Assembly (NCBI GenBank): GCA_043825875.1
Contig: JBDRRF010000095.1
Coordinates: forward strand, 1 to 53,366
Source: Pseudomonadota bacterium
GTDB lineage: Bacteria > Desulfobacterota > Desulfobacteria > Desulfobacterales > RPRI01
DNA: 53,366 nt
Reading direction: 5' to 3'
A program made the position numbers and the translations under genes. A model generated the notes under the pieces. It saw nothing but the letters and a program-made list of their open reading frames with translations. It did no database searches and was not told where the DNA came from. Below, one piece after another: positions 49,044-53,366 of the stretch (its first letter is position 1; the number at the start of each line of letters is the position of its first letter).

Positions 49044-49751
49044 TTACACCTGAGAAGGGCGGGTGCCGCATAAGATTGAAATCGTGCCGAACATGAATTT
49101 GCGAAAGCTTATGTTTTCCAGCCCAGCCTCTTTCATTATCAAAGATAGTTCTTCGGGTGATTTAAAAGCTTGGGTGCTTGAGGTCAGATACTTATAAGCA
49201 TTTTTATCCCCGGCAAAAATAAGACCAAGAAGAGGAATTATAAGTTTTAAATAAAGCAAAATGAAAGGACGAAGGAGATTGTGAGGTGGGGGGGATGTAT
49301 CAAGGCAAACAACTTTTCCACCCGGTTTTGCTATACGCATCTGCTCTGCAAATGCGCGATGAATATCTGTGACATTTCTGATTAAATAGCCTGATGTGAT
49401 GGCATCAAAAACAGAATCAGGGAAGGGAAGGTTTAAGGCATCAGCACAGCACCATGAAATATTATCATTCTGCTCTTTTCCGCAAAGCATCATTTCTAAA
49501 GTAAAATCAACTCCGAATGCTTTAATGCCTTTATTTGATAAAAGAGCTTCGTGCAGAATCTTACCGGTTCCGGTGCCTACATCAAGAATAAGTGCATTTG
49601 GCTTAAGAGATGCTTCTTTTACAACATATTTTCTCCATGATTTGTCCCTGCCAAAAGTCATAATAGTATTTAACAGATCATAGCGGCCGGAAATATTTTT
49701 AAACATTGTACGAATATTGCCGGCTTTATTTTTATCTGAATTATCTGCCAT
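49044..49751 (-). CDS. ubiE: Ubiquinone/menaquinone biosynthesis C-methyltransferase (UbiE/MenG)
   Basis: MFKNISGRYDLLNTIMTFGRDKSWR, LDVGTGTG, ADALNLPFPDSVFD, RNVTD, AYKYLTSS. Confidence 0.9.
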   Translation of the reverse strand: MADNSDKNKAGNIRTMFKNISGRYDLLNTIMTFGRDKSWRKYVVKEASLKPNALILDVGTGTGKILHEALLSNKGIKAFGVDFTLEMMLCGKEQNDNISWCCADALNLPFPDSVFDAITSGYLIRNVTDIHRAFAEQMRIAKPGGKVVCLDTSPPPHNLLRPFILLYLKLIIPLLGLIFAGDKNAYKYLTSSTQAFKSPEELSLIMKEAGLENISFRKFMFGTISILCGTRPSQV

Positions 49752-49758
49752 GATTGTA

Positions 49759-51345
49759 TCAATCCTGCTCTCTTGTTTTTAAGAATGAGATATCTGGCCA
49801 TTGTTTCATTTCATAATCCAAAGCCCATTCATTGCGGGCAAGAAATGTCAGGTGGCCTCCGGCATCAATAGCAAGGTTGTTTTTGTTTTCTATTTCAAAT
49901 TGTTCAAGCTTTTTTCTATCATCACACTCAATCCAGCGGGCTCTTTTGTAATCAATGGGTTCTGTTATCGCATCAGCCCCGTATTCGTCTTTTAAACGGG
50001 CCATTGTAACATCAAATTGCAGTACTCCTACCGCTCCAAGAATATATCCGGTTCCTGTAAGAGGCTTGAAATACTGAACGGCTCCTTCTTCAGAGAGCTG
50101 GGTCAGTCCTTTTTGAAGCTGTTTGTTTTTTATGGGGTTTAACAGGCGCACACGCCGGAAAAATTCAGGAGCGAAATTTGGGATGCCGGTAAATTTAAGA
50201 GGCTCTTTTTCAGTCAAAGTATCTCCGATTTTTATTTTACCGTGATTATGCAAGCCTATTATATCGCCCGGATATGCTTCTTCGACATTGGCCCTGTCTT
50301 GTGCCATGAATATGGTAGCATTTGACAGAGTCATTTCCTTGCCTGAATGGTGGTGGATTACCTTCATTCCGCGTGCAAACTTTCCTGAACATATTCTGAC
50401 AAAAGCGATACGATCTCTATGGGCAGGGTCCATGTTTGCCTGAATTTTAAATACAAACCCAGCAAAAGATTCTTCGTAAGGCGAGACGGTTCGCGAAAGA
50501 GTATTTCTTGGTTGTGGAGCTGGTGCCATTTCTACAAATGCATCAAGAAGTTCTTTTACACCAAAATTATTTACAGCGCTTCCAAAAAAAACGGGGCTTT
50601 GGTTAGCCTTCAGATAATGTTCATAATCAAAAGGCGTGGATGCTACATTTAACAGATCAATATCTTCTCTTAGTCTGTTTGCATCACTTCCAAGCATTTT
50701 ATCAAGCCTTGGGTCAAGGAGGTCTGTTATTGTGATTCCTTCCGTATTTCTGGTGGTTTTTCCGGGTGTGAAAAGGTTAAGTTCTTTTTTGAGTATATTA
50801 TATACTCCCTTAAAATTTTTCCCCATACCTATAGGCCATGATAAAGGGGCGCATTCGATCTGGAGTCTGTCTTCAATATCTGCGAGAAGATCAAGGGGTG
50901 TAAGACCGTCTCTGTCTAGCTTATTTATGAAAGTAATTATGGGAGTGTTGCGCATTCTGCATACTTCCATCAGCTTTATTGTCTGAGGTTCAACTCCCTT
51001 TCCACTGTCAATAACCATAAGAGCGCTGTCTACAGCCGTAAGTACTCTGTATGTATCTTCGGAGAAATCCTGGTGTCCGGGTGTATCAAGCAGATTGATT
51101 TCAAAATCATTATAGTTAAACTTCATAACAGAAGTTGTTACTGATATGCCCCTGTCTTTTTCGATAGACATCCAGTCGCTTGTAGCATGACGGGATGCTT
51201 TGCGTGCTTTTACTGCTCCGGCAAGTTGTATTGCGCCTCCGAAAAGGAGGAGCTTTTCGGTAAGTGTTGTTTTCCCGGCATCCGGATGACTTATAATGCC
51301 AAAAGTGCGCCGCTTATCTACTTCTTTTTTATGCTGTTTGTTCAT
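49759..51345 (-). CDS. prfC: Peptide chain release factor 3
   Basis: [59 protein letters not shown]. Confidence 0.98.
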   Translation of the reverse strand: MNKQHKKEVDKRRTFGIISHPDAGKTTLTEKLLLFGGAIQLAGAVKARKASRHATSDWMSIEKDRGISVTTSVMKFNYNDFEINLLDTPGHQDFSEDTYRVLTAVDSALMVIDSGKGVEPQTIKLMEVCRMRNTPIITFINKLDRDGLTPLDLLADIEDRLQIECAPLSWPIGMGKNFKGVYNILKKELNLFTPGKTTRNTEGITITDLLDPRLDKMLGSDANRLREDIDLLNVASTPFDYEHYLKANQSPVFFGSAVNNFGVKELLDAFVEMAPAPQPRNTLSRTVSPYEESFAGFVFKIQANMDPAHRDRIAFVRICSGKFARGMKVIHHHSGKEMTLSNATIFMAQDRANVEEAYPGDIIGLHNHGKIKIGDTLTEKEPLKFTGIPNFAPEFFRRVRLLNPIKNKQLQKGLTQLSEEGAVQYFKPLTGTGYILGAVGVLQFDVTMARLKDEYGADAITEPIDYKRARWIECDDRKKLEQFEIENKNNLAIDAGGHLTFLARNEWALDYEMKQWPDISFLKTREQD

Positions 51346-51470
51346 AAAAATTATTTTATAACCTTATAAAGCCGTTTAAATTGTTGTCAAACATGCTGGA
51401 TGGAAGGCTTTTTAATATTTATAGCAGGATTATATACCTTGAATATGGTTTATTATAGGATAAACAAATA

Positions 51471-51752
51471 AAAAAGGCATCTCATTCTTAGTTGTTGCAT
51501 GTGGACATTTGAATAAACTTAAAAACCAATTTTGCCAGGTTACCAAGGAATCCACATTTATTGACGTGTTGCAGCCGAATTTTGAACGCAAATAATCATC
51601 AGCACAAAAAATAACTTTTTTTGAAACACTGATAAGATATATTTCTGCGATTGAAAGATACGACTGAGGCGAACGCCTTATGTGTACCCGGGCAAGTTTG
51701 GATGTTTTTCAAAGGTCCCGTTTGAACACTGCAACCTTACGAGATGCCCTTT
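51471..51752 (-). terminator. Cold-shock gene terminator whose two arms are separated by an insertion
   Basis: Minus strand: AAAGGGCATCTC (51752-51741) and GAGATGCCTTTTT (51483-51471) with a T tract, 257 nt apart. Confidence 0.6.
51502..51719. mobile_element. Degenerate MITE
   Basis: Imperfect TIRs TGGACATTTGAATAAAC (51502-) / GTTTTTCAAAGGTCCC (-51719); non-coding interior. Confidence 0.55.
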
Positions 51753-51767
51753 ACTTTTTTTAACTAA

Positions 51768-51968
51768 CTATAGCTTCGTTACATTGACAGCCGCTGGGCC
51801 TTTTTCCCCTTGTTCGATATCAAAGGTAACTTTTTCCCCTTCGGCAAGAGTTTTAAAACCGGTTCCATTTATTGCAGAATGATGAACAAATACATCTTCG
51901 CCATTTTCCTGTTCAATAAATCCATAACCTTTTTTGTTGCTGAACCATTTTACTATTCCGTTTGCCAA
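51768..51968 (-). CDS. Cold-shock protein (CspA family)
   Basis: [15 protein letters not shown] (RNP1), DVFVHHSAI (RNP2), [11 protein letters not shown] start after AAGGAG. Confidence 0.96.
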   Translation of the reverse strand: MANGIVKWFSNKKGYGFIEQENGEDVFVHHSAINGTGFKTLAEGEKVTFDIEQGEKGPAAVNVTKL

Positions 51969-52455
51969 AATTCGTTTCTCCTTAAAAAATTTTACAAAAT
52001 TCCGGCTTAAGACAGACGCCTTAAAAGGACCCGTTCCTTAAAGAGCAATGCTACTATACTGACTGCGGCCGTAAAAATCATCGTGAATGATAATATCTGT
52101 TTTATAAAACGTCAAGTGAAAATTGTTATTTTGTATTTCAATTTAAATAGGTATCAATTGTTATAATTCCACAGGTTTGTCTGATAGATTATCTTTATCC
52201 GGATTGTAAACAACAATATGCTTAAGTTATAGCCTGCTATAATACAAATATATCATGTAATTAGATGTATATATTGAAAATACCAGTAGTGGGTTTATGG
52301 CTGGCCGGTTCTAATTATCACAAGCATGTATGCTTTTTCTGTTATGCTCCCGGTTTTTAAGAATAATTAAAAGTGACGAATTTTCTGGATGTACAGGTTT
52401 ACCTCGTGTCCGTTTTGTTTGCTAATCTATAACAATAGATTTAAATAAACTAAAT

Positions 52456-52597
52456 GAGCCACTTTCAAAACGTTCCAGTTTGGTCAAGGTCAAGGCGGGG
52501 GTCAATTTTAACCGCAGGAATACATGGAGTATTTCGAGGATTAAAATTTTCACCCAATACAGAGATCGGCCAAAATAGGGCGTTTTGAAACTGGCTC
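52456..52597 (+). mobile_element. 142-bp MITE, copy 1
   Basis: TIRs GAGCCACTTTCAAAACG / CGTTTTGAAACTGGCTC; internal GGAATAC...GTATTTC hairpin; diverged inverted copy at 53226. Confidence 0.8.
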
Positions 52598-52680
52598 CTT
52601 CGAATTGCCTTTTCTTTACTTCAATATCTATTTAAAATCAAATAATTGTGTTATAGCTATTAGTTATGGTGGTTTTATTA

Positions 52681-53037
52681 TTATTTGTCTTGCAGTATAA
52701 GCTCTTTTGCTTTTTCTATTTTGGCACAGAATTCCACTCTCGAATTAGATTCTATGGCGAGGCGGGTAAATGATTTAAGAACCGGGTCGTTTATACTTTT
52801 TGGAAGATATGATAAGGATTTATGGGAAAGAATGTTTTTGTCCAAAGTTTTTGACATTGTCATGCATCTGCTTATGTTCGTTTCTTCATACAATTTAGGA
52901 CCGAAGATTCCAAATCTTGAGCGTTTTATAAGAACTCCTACCTGGGCAATGCTTATAAAGACATATTCCCTGCGATTTAATGCAACACGGGCAAGGCATG
53001 CTTTTGCGTCATCAAGAAATTTAATCAGTTTTCCCAT
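52681..53037 (-). CDS. Hypothetical protein between two inverted MITEs
   Basis: Open frame with ATG at 53037 (MGKLIKFLDD); no recognisable motif. Confidence 0.55.
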   Translation of the reverse strand: MGKLIKFLDDAKACLARVALNRREYVFISIAQVGVLIKRSRFGIFGPKLYEETNISRCMTMSKTLDKNILSHKSLSYLPKSINDPVLKSFTRLAIESNSRVEFCAKIEKAKELILQDK

Positions 53038-53176
53038 AGTTCCTATCTCACGAGCCAGTTTCAATTAAGTTAAAAATGAATAACCGGCATCAGCCAGTTA
53101 AACGTGCTACTTATATTTTAACTTAATTTAGCATGTCAACACTAAAATATCGCAGGCCAAGAGATGGGGTGTTTTG

Positions 53177-53217
53177 ATACCGGCTGGCTTAAAGCTCATG
53201 GAAACGCCAGCCGGTAT
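53177..53217. other. GC-rich hairpin
   Basis: ATACCGGCTGGC (53177-53188) / GCCAGCCGGTAT (53206-53217), perfect 12-bp inverted repeat. Confidence 0.5.
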
Positions 53218-53225
53218 AGATAAAA

Positions 53226-53366
53226 GAGCCAGTTTCAAAACGCCCCATTTTGGCCGATCTCTGCGTTGGGCTCAAATTTCAATCCTCGAAATACTCAATG
53301 TATTCCTGTGGTTGAAATTTTCTCCCGCCTTGAGCTTGACCAAACTGAAACGTTTTGAAAGTGGCT
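53226..53366 (-). mobile_element. MITE copy 2 (inverted relative to copy 1; cut by the window end)
   Basis: Reverse complement aligns end to end with 52456-52597. Confidence 0.8.

Noticed and set aside
52685..53068. Plus-strand 127-aa ORF between the MITEs
   Set aside because: Exact antisense shadow of the minus-strand ORF, which has the more plausible start and composition

Overview
This is a bacterial chromosomal window, most likely from a sulfate-reducing Desulfobacterota (Desulfobacterales-like) organism, inferred from gene content and repeat families. The left ~29 kb is accessory. It starts with sixA and a sigma-54 activator that faces a sigma-54 promoter, a membrane protein and a deletion-collapsed DUF1329/RND/YCF48 relic. 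A visibly GC-richer, co-oriented ~23 kb block (5.8-28.5 kb) follows. It contains a complete RsbU/RsbV/RsbW-type partner-switching module but no sigma factor. Interleaved with it are two ABC importers (one with a four-domain binding protein, one with a circularly permuted binding protein), a HisC-like aminotransferase, a xanthine-dehydrogenase-family Mo enzyme, two GNAT-like proteins and an MFS transporter. Degenerate RsbW-like domains are fused to an ABC ATPase and to a GNAT-like protein, and a STAS domain is fused to an unknown domain inside an ABC operon. This is the best candidate for an undescribed system: partner switching acting directly on transport and enzymes. A yefM-yoeB TA pair closes the block. 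The right ~24 kb is mostly core: a MOSC-FdhD fusion, cstA, rlmD, a lytic transglycosylase, a glycogen operon (debranching enzyme, glgP, glgA, glgB), moaB-like, pyrR, a mazF relic, an AveC-like membrane protein, ubiE/menG, prfC, a cold-shock gene and several MITE/REP-type repeats. I saw no rRNA, tRNA or CRISPR array. All family calls come from motif recognition by eye; no searches were run.
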